The notes: generated from the letters alone by a model not told the origin. A DNA stretch of 64,000 bases from an uncultured beta proteobacterium (GCA_963750775.1 CAVVRT010000003.1:155273-219272); one strand, 5' to 3'; numbered from the stretch's first letter, positions 51,628 through 60,890 are shown. Numbers and translations: made by a program.

Positions 51628-52408
51628 GCGCCACATTTTAGCCGTATTCCTGCTGTTCACGTTAGCTGCTTGTAGCTCCCTCCCCGAAGAAGACAAACAA
51701 AAGAACGCCACCGCCGAGCAACTCTATACCGCCGCCAAAGCGAAATTAGACGACAAAGCCTATGACGGCGCGATTAAACAATATGAAAAATTGCAATCGC
51801 GCTATCCCTACGGCAGCTATTCGCAAACCGCTTTGTTAGAAATGGCGTATGCCTATATCAAACAAGGCGAACCCGACCCTGCCATTGTCGCGTGTGACCG
51901 CTTTATTAAAGAGTTTCCCAATAATCCACGCGTCGATTACGCCTGGTATTTGAAAGGCTTGGCGAACTTTACCGCTGAAGATAGCGCGTTGAAATCGGTC
52001 AGCGGCACGGATATTAGCCAACACGAAACCCTCATGCCGCAAGACTCGTTTAATGCTTTCAAAGAATTATTGGCGCGCTATCCCACCAGCCAATACGCCC
52101 CCGATGCGCGCTTGCGTATGCAATTTTTGGCGAATGCTTTAGCTAAACATGATTTGCTGATTGCCGATTTTTATTTGCGCCGTGGCGCGCATCTCGCCGC
52201 CGTCAGTCGTGCGCAAGACATCCTCACGCAATATCCCGAAACCCCCGCCAGTCGTGACGCGTTGCTGATTATGGTGAAAGCCTATGACGCACAAGGCATG
52301 ACCGCCTTGCGTGACGATGCGCAACGCGTGTTGGACGCAAACGGTGGCGCGGCGAGTGCCACCGTTTTATCTAACAGCAAGCAATCTTGGTGGCAGTTCT
52401 GGAAATGA
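51626..52408 (+). CDS. bamD: Outer membrane protein assembly lipoprotein BamD
   Basis: Lipobox LAAC; TPR motifs (YPYG, DRFI..FP, YAWYLKGL, YP.SQYA, SWWQFW). Confidence 0.95.
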   Translation: MRHILAVFLLFTLAACSSLPEEDKQKNATAEQLYTAAKAKLDDKAYDGAIKQYEKLQSRYPYGSYSQTALLEMAYAYIKQGEPDPAIVACDRFIKEFPNNPRVDYAWYLKGLANFTAEDSALKSVSGTDISQHETLMPQDSFNAFKELLARYPTSQYAPDARLRMQFLANALAKHDLLIADFYLRRGAHLAAVSRAQDILTQYPETPASRDALLIMVKAYDAQGMTALRDDAQRVLDANGGAASATVLSNSKQSWWQFWK

Positions 52409-52950
52409 AATTCTGCAACGCTTGCGGCGCGACCGTCGAGTTGCGCATCCCGCACGATGACAGTCGCGCACGTCATGTCTGCACCGAATGCGACATTGTT
52501 CATTACGAAAATCCTAAGTTAGTCATCGCGGCACTGCCCGTTTGGCAAGACCAAATTTTGCTGTGCAAACGCGCCATCGAGCCGCGCTATGGCATGTGGA
52601 CGCTGCCCGGTGGGTTTATGGAAAACGGCGAATCCACTGGCGATGCGGCGATACGCGAAACCTTGGAAGAAGCGGGCGCGCGCATTCAGCTCGACGGCTT
52701 GTATGCCATGTACAGCTTGCCTTACATCGCTCAAGTGCATTTGGTGTTTCGCGCTACTTTGCTCGATTTAGACTACGCCGCAGGCGTGGAAAGCTTAGAG
52801 GTCAAACTGTTTTCTGAAGCCGACATCCCGTGGGACGAGCTGGCATTTCGCCCAGTGCGTTACAGCTTGGAACATTTTTTTGCCGAGCGAAAAACAGGCA
52901 AATTCACCCTACACGAAGGCGAATTGCAGCCGCCCGCCCATCCTGTTTAA
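52405..52950 (+). CDS. NUDIX hydrolase with N-terminal zinc ribbon
   Basis: MKFC..CG, C..C...HYENP, WTLPGGFME.GE, RETLEEA. Confidence 0.92.
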   Translation: MKFCNACGATVELRIPHDDSRARHVCTECDIVHYENPKLVIAALPVWQDQILLCKRAIEPRYGMWTLPGGFMENGESTGDAAIRETLEEAGARIQLDGLYAMYSLPYIAQVHLVFRATLLDLDYAAGVESLEVKLFSEADIPWDELAFRPVRYSLEHFFAERKTGKFTLHEGELQPPAHPV

Positions 52951-52967
52951 TTAACTTTAATACTGTT

Positions 52968-53738
52968 ATGCGTTTATTTAATCTGCCCCTAATATTGCTA
53001 GCGATGAGCCTAACGGCGTGTGCCAGCGTCAAAAATCCCAATCCCGCCGATCCCTTTGAATCGTTTAATCGTGGCGTGTTTAGCTTTAATGAGGGCGTGG
53101 ACAAAGTCGCGCTCAAGCCGCTGGCAAAAGGCTACGACTATGCCGTGCCTAAGCTGGGCAAAATCATGGTGCATAATTTTTTTTCCAATTTGGATGATGT
53201 GGTGGTCACCGCCAACGACCTACTACAACTCAAATTCAAACAGGCTTTTTCCGACGCAACGCGGGTGGTGTTTAACTCCACTTTTGGCGTGTTTGGCTTA
53301 CTTGAAATCACCACACGCTTAGAAAAACATCACGAAGATTTTGGGCAGACATTAGGCTATTGGGGCGTGCCGAGCGGGCCGTATTTAATGCTGCCGCTGC
53401 TGGGCCCTAGCTCCATACGCGATGCGACAGGTGTAGCAGTTGATACTGTGCCGAGTCAAATGAAGCAAATCAAACCTGTCACGGCGCGCAATGTCGCGTA
53501 TGGCGTAAAAATTGTGGATGTGCGCGCCAGCTACTTGGCGGCGGAAAAATTCCTCGATGACACGGGCTTAGATCGCTACGATTTTTTGCGCAACGCCTAT
53601 TTAGAACGCCGTCAGTCTTTGGTTTACGACGGTGATCCCCCTAAGCAAAAATATGACGATGAGGACTTCGGCGACACACCCGACAGCACCGACTCCAGCC
53701 CCGCCAAGCCTGACCCAGCAACCACCACAACGCAATAA
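52968..53738 (+). CDS. mlaA: MlaA/VacJ lipoprotein
   Basis: Lipobox LTAC, DPFESFNR, NFFSNL, EDFGQTLG.WG, GPY.MLPLLGPS. Confidence 0.95.
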   Translation: MRLFNLPLILLAMSLTACASVKNPNPADPFESFNRGVFSFNEGVDKVALKPLAKGYDYAVPKLGKIMVHNFFSNLDDVVVTANDLLQLKFKQAFSDATRVVFNSTFGVFGLLEITTRLEKHHEDFGQTLGYWGVPSGPYLMLPLLGPSSIRDATGVAVDTVPSQMKQIKPVTARNVAYGVKIVDVRASYLAAEKFLDDTGLDRYDFLRNAYLERRQSLVYDGDPPKQKYDDEDFGDTPDSTDSSPAKPDPATTTTQ

Positions 53739-53745
53739 TCGTGAC

Positions 53746-53774
53746 AAAAAAAGCCTGCAAATGCAGGCTTTTTT
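53746..53774. terminator. Bidirectional terminator (mlaA/htpX)
   Basis: AAAAAAAGCCTGCA-AA-TGCAGGCTTTTTT. Confidence 0.85.
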
Positions 53775-53793
53775 CATTTGTGACGAGACCAAA

Positions 53794-54672
53794 TTAACGT
53801 GCGGCGCGTAAGGCGGCGATGCGTTCTTCTAAAGGCGGATGGGTCATAAATAGTTTCATCGCGCTGCCGCCTGAAATGCCTGATGCCGCCATGTCTTTTG
53901 GCAAACTGGCTTGCTCGTGATTCATCTTTAAGCGTTCCAACGCGGCGATCATTTTTTCACGTCCTGCTAAGGATGCACCACCTGCATCGGCACGGAATTC
54001 GCGTTGGCGCGAGAACCACATCACGATGATGCTCGCCAGCACACCCAAGACTAATTGCGCCGCCATTTCGGCGACAAATGAGCCGATGCCAGGACCGTCG
54101 CGACCATCGTGTTTGAGCAAAACTCTATCAACAAAAATGCCAAATAATTTCGCGAACATAAACACAAAGGTGTTCACCACGCCTTGTATCAAGGTCAGCG
54201 TAATCATGTCGCCGTTAGCAACGTGGCTGATTTCGTGCGCCAACACCGCTTCGACTTCGTCTTTGCTCATGTTGTCCAACAAGCCGCGACTGACCGCCAC
54301 CAGTGCGTTATTTTTATTCCAGCCCGTGGCAAACGCGTTGACATCGGGCGCTTCGTAAATCGCTACTTCGGGCATACCGATATGCGCTGCCATCGCCTGA
54401 CGTTTAACGGTATCGACCAACCAGCGTTCGGTCGGGTCGGCAGGGTTGGTAATCACTTGCGCATTGACCGAACGCTTCGCCATCCATTTCGACATCAGCA
54501 GCGAAATAATCGAACCCGAAAAGCCCACCACCAGTGACATCACCAGTAGGCTATTAAAGTTAATCGCGCCACTGGCATCGAGCACTTTGTCCACACCGAG
54601 CAAGCGCAGTGTCACGCTAATCACCAGCATCACTGCCAAGTTGGTCACAATAAATAAAAAGATACGTTTCAT
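53794..54672 (-). CDS. htpX: Protease HtpX
   Basis: MKRIFLF..TN, NAFATG, LAHEISH, FSRQREFRAD, THPPLEERI. Confidence 0.97.
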   Translation of the reverse strand: MKRIFLFIVTNLAVMLVISVTLRLLGVDKVLDASGAINFNSLLVMSLVVGFSGSIISLLMSKWMAKRSVNAQVITNPADPTERWLVDTVKRQAMAAHIGMPEVAIYEAPDVNAFATGWNKNNALVAVSRGLLDNMSKDEVEAVLAHEISHVANGDMITLTLIQGVVNTFVFMFAKLFGIFVDRVLLKHDGRDGPGIGSFVAEMAAQLVLGVLASIIVMWFSRQREFRADAGGASLAGREKMIAALERLKMNHEQASLPKDMAASGISGGSAMKLFMTHPPLEERIAALRAAR

Positions 54673-54835
54673 GGCATTGTCCTTAAATAAAAAATTCGCC
54701 GCGCAGTTTACCTTACGACTTGCCCTTAGATGGCGCGAGTGGAAAAAGTTTCAAGAGCGCAATACCCGCTAAAATGCGCGCCTTTTTGGCGGGCTGAATG
54801 TTGCTTGCCGCATCAACTTAGAGAGGCGCATCACC

Positions 54836-55633
54836 ATGCAAACCTTATTGCATCATCCTTATTTCGTCGCCGCCGCCGCACCCTTTTTAGTCGCGCTGCT
54901 TGCCGCCGAATTGTTTTTGCGCATCCGTTTAAGTGGTTTGGCTCTTATCGCGGGCTTCGCTATCACGGTTTTTTTAGTTGCCAATTTTGGCCTGCATCCG
55001 CTCACGCTCACCCAACAAATTATTTGGACAGCACTCGCGGCAAGTTTGCTCGGTGTGCTATTTAGCTTAATCGACTGGCCGTGGCTGAATACCTTGCTAC
55101 CGTTGGCAGGCGTGGTGCTGGCGGTGTGCTTATTGTGGCCACTGGTGCAGCAACATGCGCCACTCAAAATGCTGATTTTGTTGGCGAGTAGCGCGGGCTT
55201 CGTCGGTTTACTGGTGTGGGGGATGGATAACTTAATAGACGTACCGTTGCGCGCCGCCAATGCCGCGACAGCATTGGGCTTGAGCACGGGCATCGCGGTA
55301 TGGAGCAGCACAACTTTATACGGCGAATTTGCTTTGAGCATGGGCTGTGCTGCGGCCGCACACTTGCTGATACAGATGATTAGCAATCAAGCCTTGGCGG
55401 CTGAGCGCGGCTTCACTTTGCCCGCCAGTTTAGTCATCGGCATCATTGCCTGCGTGGCGTTAGTGGCAGGGCATTTGCCTTGGTATTGCTTGCCCTTAAT
55501 GGCAGCGATTCCTCTGTTGGCGTGGGTCATGCCGCTGCCAAAAATGGCGGCACTGCTGCAAAGTTTATTGCTCAGTGTGATGACTGTGCCGCTGGCACTC
55601 GGCGTAGTTTATTTAGCGCACCATCCACTGTAA
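54836..55633 (+). CDS. Hypothetical multi-pass membrane protein
   Basis: 265 aa, many hydrophobic helices, no recognised motif. Confidence 0.7.
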   Translation: MQTLLHHPYFVAAAAPFLVALLAAELFLRIRLSGLALIAGFAITVFLVANFGLHPLTLTQQIIWTALAASLLGVLFSLIDWPWLNTLLPLAGVVLAVCLLWPLVQQHAPLKMLILLASSAGFVGLLVWGMDNLIDVPLRAANAATALGLSTGIAVWSSTTLYGEFALSMGCAAAAHLLIQMISNQALAAERGFTLPASLVIGIIACVALVAGHLPWYCLPLMAAIPLLAWVMPLPKMAALLQSLLLSVMTVPLALGVVYLAHHPL

Positions 55634-55670
55634 GTTTGCAAAAAACACTTTTATCTCTATAGTGCGCGCC

Positions 55671-55973
55671 ATGTTTCGCTCCCTACTCCCTCGCATTCTG
55701 CTCATCACCGCCTTACTGTTTGCGCAGTTAGGCGGCTTGACGCATGGCATTTCACATGCCTTGGCAGAACAGAGTTCGGAGCAATCGCTGCCGCATGACA
55801 AGCATTGCGATTTGTGCGCGGCGTATGCGCAGATCGGTGCGGCGGTCGCGAGCAGCGACATCGTATTTGTCAGCCGCGACACGCATTTCACCCCCGCTAC
55901 GCACTACTTCACCACTCACGCCAGCGACGCTTTTGTCGCCTTTGCCGCGCGCGCTCCGCCTTACTCCGCATAA
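55671..55973 (+). CDS. DUF2946/CruR-like leader peptide (TM segment, His, CxxC, C-terminal RAPP)
   Basis: MFRSLLPRILLITALLFAQLGGLTHGISH...HDKHCDLC...FAARAPPYSA*. Confidence 0.8.
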   Translation: MFRSLLPRILLITALLFAQLGGLTHGISHALAEQSSEQSLPHDKHCDLCAAYAQIGAAVASSDIVFVSRDTHFTPATHYFTTHASDAFVAFAARAPPYSA

Positions 55974-55986
55974 CGCTTATTCAACT

Positions 55987-56023
55987 TCCTCGCGATAATC
56001 ATCGTGAGGATTTTTATTGTTTT
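55987..56023 (+). terminator. Intrinsic terminator/attenuator after the leader peptide
   Basis: TCCTCGCGAT-AATC-ATCGTGAGGA (10 bp, one G-U) followed by TTTTTATTGTTTT. Confidence 0.7.
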
Positions 56024-56038
56024 ATGTGGAGTCAAAAA

Positions 56039-57328
56039 ATGTTCAATCAGAAATTTCTGAGCGTGGCGATTGCCGCGCTATTCGTGCCGTCTATCCATTC
56101 CGCTTATGCCGCCAGCGATGCCGAAGTGCAAACTTTGCGCGACGAAGTAAGGCTACTCGCGGAACGTATCAATCAAACTGATGCTAAAACTGCCGCGCCC
56201 GCCGCGAGTGCTAACGCCTTCAACCCCGCCGTGTCGCTGATTTTGGGCGGCACTTACGCCAAGCTATCGCGCGACCCCGCTATTCCTGCCACGGGTTTTG
56301 CGATGGCCGCCAATCCAGCTCATCCGCAAGGCTTCAATCTGGGCGAATCTGAGCTCGGCATTTCCGCTGACATCGACCCTGAATATCGCGGCTTTGCCAC
56401 CATGGCACTTGCGCCTGCGGGCGGCATTACGGTGGAGAACGCCTTTATCCAAAGCAGCGCGTTGGGCAACGGGCTGAATGTTAAATTCGGTCGCTTCTTT
56501 TCAGGTCTCGGTTATCTCAACGAGCAACATGCGCACGCTTGGGATTTCGTCGATCAACCTTTGGTATATGCCGCGCTGTGGAACAACCAAATTGGCGAAG
56601 ACGGTGTGCAACTTAAATGGCTCGCGCCGACCGAAACTTTTGTCGAACTAGGTGCAGAAGTTGGGCGCGGACGCAGCTTTCCCGCCACCGACACCAACCG
56701 CAATGGTACGGGTGCAACCGCTTTATTTGCGCATGTCGCCGACGATATTGGCGTGGCACATAGTTGGCGCGCGGGCGCATCGCTGTATCAAACGCAACGC
56801 CAAAATGCGCAGAGTTTTAACGTGCCAGATTTGCTCGGCAGCGTCGGCGGGGTGACGAATAGTTTTACGGGCAACAGCCAAACCGCAGGCTTGGATTTCG
56901 TGTGGAAATACGCGCCGAACGGCAACATCCGCGACAAATATATCAAGCTGCAAGGCGAAATTTTCCAGCGTAAAGAAAACGGTGTACTCACTTACAACTT
57001 GCTCACGCCTAGCACTTACAGCAACACGCAAAACGGCTGGTATATGCAAAGCGTGGCGCAATTTATGCCGCACTGGCGCACTGGTTTGCGCTATGACCGC
57101 ATGAACGCTGGCACGGCAAATGTCGGTGCGACGAATCTAGCCAATGTCATCAGCAACTACGCCTACAACCCGACGCGTACCTCTTGGATGTTGGATTACA
57201 GCCCCAGTGAATTCTCGCGTTTGCGCCTGCAAGTCGCCCGCGATCTGACGCGACAAGGGCAGCCTGACAATCAAATTTTTGTGCAATACCTGATGAGCAT
57301 GGGCGCGCACGGCGCGCATAGTTATTAA
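56039..57328 (+). CDS. Outer-membrane beta-barrel (porin-like) with His motifs, putative metal uptake
   Basis: GGAG RBS, signal peptide, short coiled coil, FNPAVSLIL, NEQHAHAWDFVD, YSPSEFSRLRLQ, C-terminal GAHGAHSY. Confidence 0.75.
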   Translation: MFNQKFLSVAIAALFVPSIHSAYAASDAEVQTLRDEVRLLAERINQTDAKTAAPAASANAFNPAVSLILGGTYAKLSRDPAIPATGFAMAANPAHPQGFNLGESELGISADIDPEYRGFATMALAPAGGITVENAFIQSSALGNGLNVKFGRFFSGLGYLNEQHAHAWDFVDQPLVYAALWNNQIGEDGVQLKWLAPTETFVELGAEVGRGRSFPATDTNRNGTGATALFAHVADDIGVAHSWRAGASLYQTQRQNAQSFNVPDLLGSVGGVTNSFTGNSQTAGLDFVWKYAPNGNIRDKYIKLQGEIFQRKENGVLTYNLLTPSTYSNTQNGWYMQSVAQFMPHWRTGLRYDRMNAGTANVGATNLANVISNYAYNPTRTSWMLDYSPSEFSRLRLQVARDLTRQGQPDNQIFVQYLMSMGAHGAHSY

Positions 57329-57346
57329 ATGACCAAAGGAAAAATC

Positions 57347-58243
57347 ATGAAAAAAATTATTTACGCATTCGTTGCCCTGCTGATTAGCAACGCAGCCCAC
57401 GCCGCACTCAATGTGTTCGCGTGCGAACCCGAATGGGCGGCACTCACACAACAACTGGCGGGCGAACAAGCGCACATTTATACCGCCACGACTGCGCTGC
57501 AAGATCCGCATCGCGTCGAAGCGCGTCCGAGTTTGATTGCTCAAGCGCGTCGTGCCAATTTGGTGGTTTGCACAGGCGCAGAACTAGAAATGGCGTGGCT
57601 GCCTGTGGTGCTGAGAGAGTCAGGCAACACTGCTGTGGCGGCGGGCAGCTTGGGGAATTTTGAAGCAGCGCAATTTGTAAAAATGTTGGAAGTGCCGATG
57701 CGTTTGAATCGTGCCGATGGCGATGTTCATGCCGCTGGCAACCCACATATTCAAACCGATGCGCGTAATTTTTTGCCCATTGCCGAGGCGTTAAGCAAAC
57801 GTTTGATTCAGCTGGATGCCGCCAATACCGCGCAATACCAGCAACGCCTCGCCAGCTTCAATCAGCAATGGCGCGCCGCGATGACGCGTTGGGAAAAACA
57901 AGCCGCGCCGCTCAAAGGTTTGCCCGTCCTAGTGCAGCATCGAGGCTTTCCGTATTTGAACAACTGGCTGGGTTTGCAACAAGTCAGCACGCTAGAGCCT
58001 AAGCCTGGTATGGAACCCAGCGCGTCGCACTTGGCACAAGTGGTCAACGAACTGCAAACCCACCCCGCGAAAATCGTCATCCGCGCCGCTTATCAAGACG
58101 CGCGCCCGTCGGAGTGGATTGCGCAACGCGCCAAAATAGCGGCGGTGATGCTGCCTTACACAGTAGGCGGCACGCTGCAAGCGACGGATTTATACACGCT
58201 GTTTGATGACACGATTGCGAGGTTGTTGGCGGGGCTGCACTAG
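57347..58243 (+). CDS. Metal ABC transporter substrate-binding protein (ZnuA/TroA-like)
   Basis: QDPHRVEARPS, DVHAAGNPHI, VQH.GF, LEPKPG.EPS. Confidence 0.9.
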   Translation: MKKIIYAFVALLISNAAHAALNVFACEPEWAALTQQLAGEQAHIYTATTALQDPHRVEARPSLIAQARRANLVVCTGAELEMAWLPVVLRESGNTAVAAGSLGNFEAAQFVKMLEVPMRLNRADGDVHAAGNPHIQTDARNFLPIAEALSKRLIQLDAANTAQYQQRLASFNQQWRAAMTRWEKQAAPLKGLPVLVQHRGFPYLNNWLGLQQVSTLEPKPGMEPSASHLAQVVNELQTHPAKIVIRAAYQDARPSEWIAQRAKIAAVMLPYTVGGTLQATDLYTLFDDTIARLLAGLH

Positions 58244-58246
58244 CTT

Positions 58247-58367
58247 GTCATTCCCGTGAAAACGGGAATCCAGATAATTCAATGCGCTCCGCGCAGCGGA
58301 ACAACCACGGCAAATTTTACGCTGCGCGTAACGTTTTTTGCTGGATTCCCGCCTACGCGGGAACGAC
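58247..58367. repeat. CGTC/ATTCCC-type REP doublet
   Basis: GTCATTCCCGTGAAAACGGGAATCCAG ... CTGGATTCCCGCCTACGCGGGAACGAC with inner GCGCAGCG/CGCTGCGC. Confidence 0.85.
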
Positions 58368-58386
58368 GGACTCACCAAGGATATTT

Positions 58387-59133
58387 ATGAACGCCATCGA
58401 ACTTTCCATCCTGATTCCTGCTTTTATCGCGGGGCTGTTGGTGCTTGCTACGCACATTCCGCTGGGCATCAAAGTGTTGCAGCGCGGAGTCATTTTTGCT
58501 GACCTTGCAGTGGCGCAAATCGCGGGCTTAGGCATCGTTATCGCGGGACTATTTGAACTCACTGACCAGCCTGTTTTAGTGCAGCTTATCGCCGCCTTAA
58601 GTGCCTTATGCGGTGCGGCTTTACTGACGTTTATCGAAGCGCGCTTTAACGACGTGAAAGAGGCGTGTATCGGGCTGACTTTTGTGTTGGCGGCAACGGC
58701 GGGAGTTTTATTGATGAGCCGCGATGTGCATGCGGGCGAGCATCTCAAAGATTTATTGGTCGGACAAATTTTATGGGTGAGCAGCCCGCAACTAATGTAC
58801 ACCGTCGCCTTGAGTAGCTTGCTGCTGTTGGCTTTGCGCTACTTGCCCGACCGTTTTCAGCAACGCAGTTTCTACGCTTTATTTGCCTTAGCTGTCACCG
58901 CTTCGGTGCAATTAGTCGGCGTGTATTTAGTTTTCGCCAGCCTGATTGTGCCCGCCCTCGCGACCTATCGCCTCACCCGTCACCGCCTGTTTTTCGCGGG
59001 CATGGTGGGTATCACAGGCTACGCGGCAGGACTGCTGCTATCGGCTAGCTTCGACTTACCCGCAGGTGCGGCGATTGTGTGGACGATGGCAACAGTAGGC
59101 GGCGTGATTTTGATTACAATGCGCGCCCTTTAG
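58387..59133 (+). CDS. Metal ABC transporter permease (ABC-3/ZnuB-like)
   Basis: LATHIPLG..VL.RG.IF.DLAVAQIAGLG, G.ILW, GVYLVFASLIVPA. Confidence 0.85.
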   Translation: MNAIELSILIPAFIAGLLVLATHIPLGIKVLQRGVIFADLAVAQIAGLGIVIAGLFELTDQPVLVQLIAALSALCGAALLTFIEARFNDVKEACIGLTFVLAATAGVLLMSRDVHAGEHLKDLLVGQILWVSSPQLMYTVALSSLLLLALRYLPDRFQQRSFYALFALAVTASVQLVGVYLVFASLIVPALATYRLTRHRLFFAGMVGITGYAAGLLLSASFDLPAGAAIVWTMATVGGVILITMRAL

Positions 59134-59140
59134 AAAGCAG

Positions 59141-59189
59141 GATTCGGGATTCGGGATTCGGGATTCGGGATTCAGGATTCGGGATTTGG
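59141..59189. repeat. Heptamer tandem repeat (GATTCGG)x7, two units imperfect
   Basis: Read directly; followed by CTCACCA-type heptamers at 59209-59229. Confidence 0.95.
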
Positions 59190-59235
59190 AAACCCCACCG
59201 CGCTCCGACTCACCACTCACCACTCACTACTTAAC

Positions 59236-60042
59236 ATGACCGACCGTTACGCCGTTATCGGCAACCCCATCAATCACAGCAAATCGCCGCTGATACACCA
59301 AATGTTTGCCGCACAAACAGGCGAAGATATTCGCTATGAAAAAATCGAAGCTCCGCTGGACGGCTTCGCCGCGACCGTGCAACGCTTGATTGATGAGGGC
59401 TACAAGGGCTGCAACGTGACGGTGCCGTTTAAGTTTGCGGCGTTTGAATTAGCCACTGAAAAACACCCGCGCGCCGCCAGTGCGCTGGCTGCCAACACGC
59501 TGCTTTTTACCCCAGCAAAAGTGACCGCAGACAACACCGACGGGGCAGGCTTAGTGCGCGACATTGAACAAAATTTGAACGTGAGTTTGCGCGGTAAACG
59601 CGTGTTGCTGATGGGTGCAGGCGGCGCGGCGTATGGCGTGGCGTTGCCTTTGCTCATCACTGGCTGCGCATTAAGCGTAGTGAATCGCACTGTCGCAAAA
59701 GCGCAACAACTCGCCGCGAATTTCGCGCCATACGGCCACCTCAAAGCCTATGCGTATGAAGATTTAACCGGCTTGCAATTCGATGTCGTTATCAACGCCA
59801 CGTCTAGCGGTTTAAGCGATGAGCTCGCCCCGCTCCCCGCCAGCATTTTCGCCCAACACGCACTCGCCTACGACATGATGTACGGACGTGAAACGCTGTT
59901 TATGCAGTTCGCTAAACAGCATGGCGCACAAGTCGCGGATGGCTTGGGCATGTTGGTCGAACAAGCGGCGGAAGCGTTCTTCATCTGGCGCGAGTTACGA
60001 CCCGATACCGCGCCTGTCATCGCGGCGTTGCGCGCGCTATGA
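59236..60042 (+). CDS. aroE: Shikimate dehydrogenase
   Basis: GNPI.HSKSP, G.NVTVPFK, DNTDG.G, GAGGAA, INATS, DGLGMLVEQAA. Confidence 0.97.
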   Translation: MTDRYAVIGNPINHSKSPLIHQMFAAQTGEDIRYEKIEAPLDGFAATVQRLIDEGYKGCNVTVPFKFAAFELATEKHPRAASALAANTLLFTPAKVTADNTDGAGLVRDIEQNLNVSLRGKRVLLMGAGGAAYGVALPLLITGCALSVVNRTVAKAQQLAANFAPYGHLKAYAYEDLTGLQFDVVINATSSGLSDELAPLPASIFAQHALAYDMMYGRETLFMQFAKQHGAQVADGLGMLVEQAAEAFFIWRELRPDTAPVIAALRAL

Positions 60043-60734
60043 AGAAACTCTGGGGTTGGCTGTGGCACGCGGTGTTGCTCGGCATCGCGCTGATACTTTT
60101 GTATCAAGTGTGGCTGTTCGCGCAGCTGTGTTGGTGGACAAAATTTAATCCCGATAGCAGTGCCTTTATGGACTCGCGTTTAGAGCTGATGCAGGACAAA
60201 AACCCCGCTGCCGCACTGCAACATCAGTGGGTGGATTACGGCAAAATTTCTAACCATCTCAAGCGTGCCTTAATCGCCTCGGAAGATGCCAAGTTTGTCG
60301 ATCACGAAGGCTTCGATTGGGACGGCATCCAGAAGGCTTACGAGAAGAATATGAAGAAGGGCAAAATCGTCGCGGGTGGCTCGACGATTAGTCAGCAGCT
60401 GGCGAAAAACCTATTTCTCTCCAGCAAACGCACTCCGTGGCGCAAGGCAGAAGAAGTGCTGGTTACCTTGATGTTAGAGGCGGTGATGGACAAGCAGCGC
60501 ATTCTGGAAATCTATTTGAACAGCATCGAATGGGGCGACGGCGTGTTCGGTGCGGAATCGGCAGCGCGGCATTATTATCAAATCAGTGCCGCGCAACTGT
60601 CGCCCTATCAAGCCGCCAAACTTGCCGCAATGGTGCCCAATCCGCGCTACTACGATAAGCATCGCGAGGCGGCGGGCTTAGCGAAAAAAACCGAGCTAAT
60701 TTTGGGGCGCATGGGCGATGCGGATATTCCTTAG
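60039..60734 (+). CDS. mtgA: Monofunctional biosynthetic peptidoglycan transglycosylase
   Basis: ASED..F..H.GFD, GGSTISQQLAKNLFL, RK..E, ILEIYLN, GAESAA..YY. Confidence 0.97.
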   Translation: MKKLWGWLWHAVLLGIALILLYQVWLFAQLCWWTKFNPDSSAFMDSRLELMQDKNPAAALQHQWVDYGKISNHLKRALIASEDAKFVDHEGFDWDGIQKAYEKNMKKGKIVAGGSTISQQLAKNLFLSSKRTPWRKAEEVLVTLMLEAVMDKQRILEIYLNSIEWGDGVFGAESAARHYYQISAAQLSPYQAAKLAAMVPNPRYYDKHREAAGLAKKTELILGRMGDADIP

Positions 60735-60831
60735 TTCTATCTCACTGACTGGCGGGCTAGTTATTCTTCCGCCACTCAGCGCAAAATAATTTTGTTACAG
60801 TTCGTCGTTAGCTGAGGGAGATAAAAATAAT

Positions 60832-60863
60832 GTATCCAAGTATCCAAGTATCCAAGTATCCAA
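60832..60863. repeat. Perfect octamer tandem repeat (GTATCCAA)x4
   Basis: Read directly, 27 nt upstream of the PAS-GGDEF-EAL start. Confidence 0.95.
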
Positions 60864-60890
60864 AAATAATAATTCCCATGGGGTGGAGTT

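Noticed and set aside
55634-55670. Zur/Fur box ahead of the metal uptake cluster
   Set aside because: No convincing palindrome in the short spacer
60735-60830. c-di-GMP riboswitch upstream of the EAL gene
   Set aside because: One hairpin (TGGCGG/CCGCCA) is present, but the class I/II conserved motifs are not
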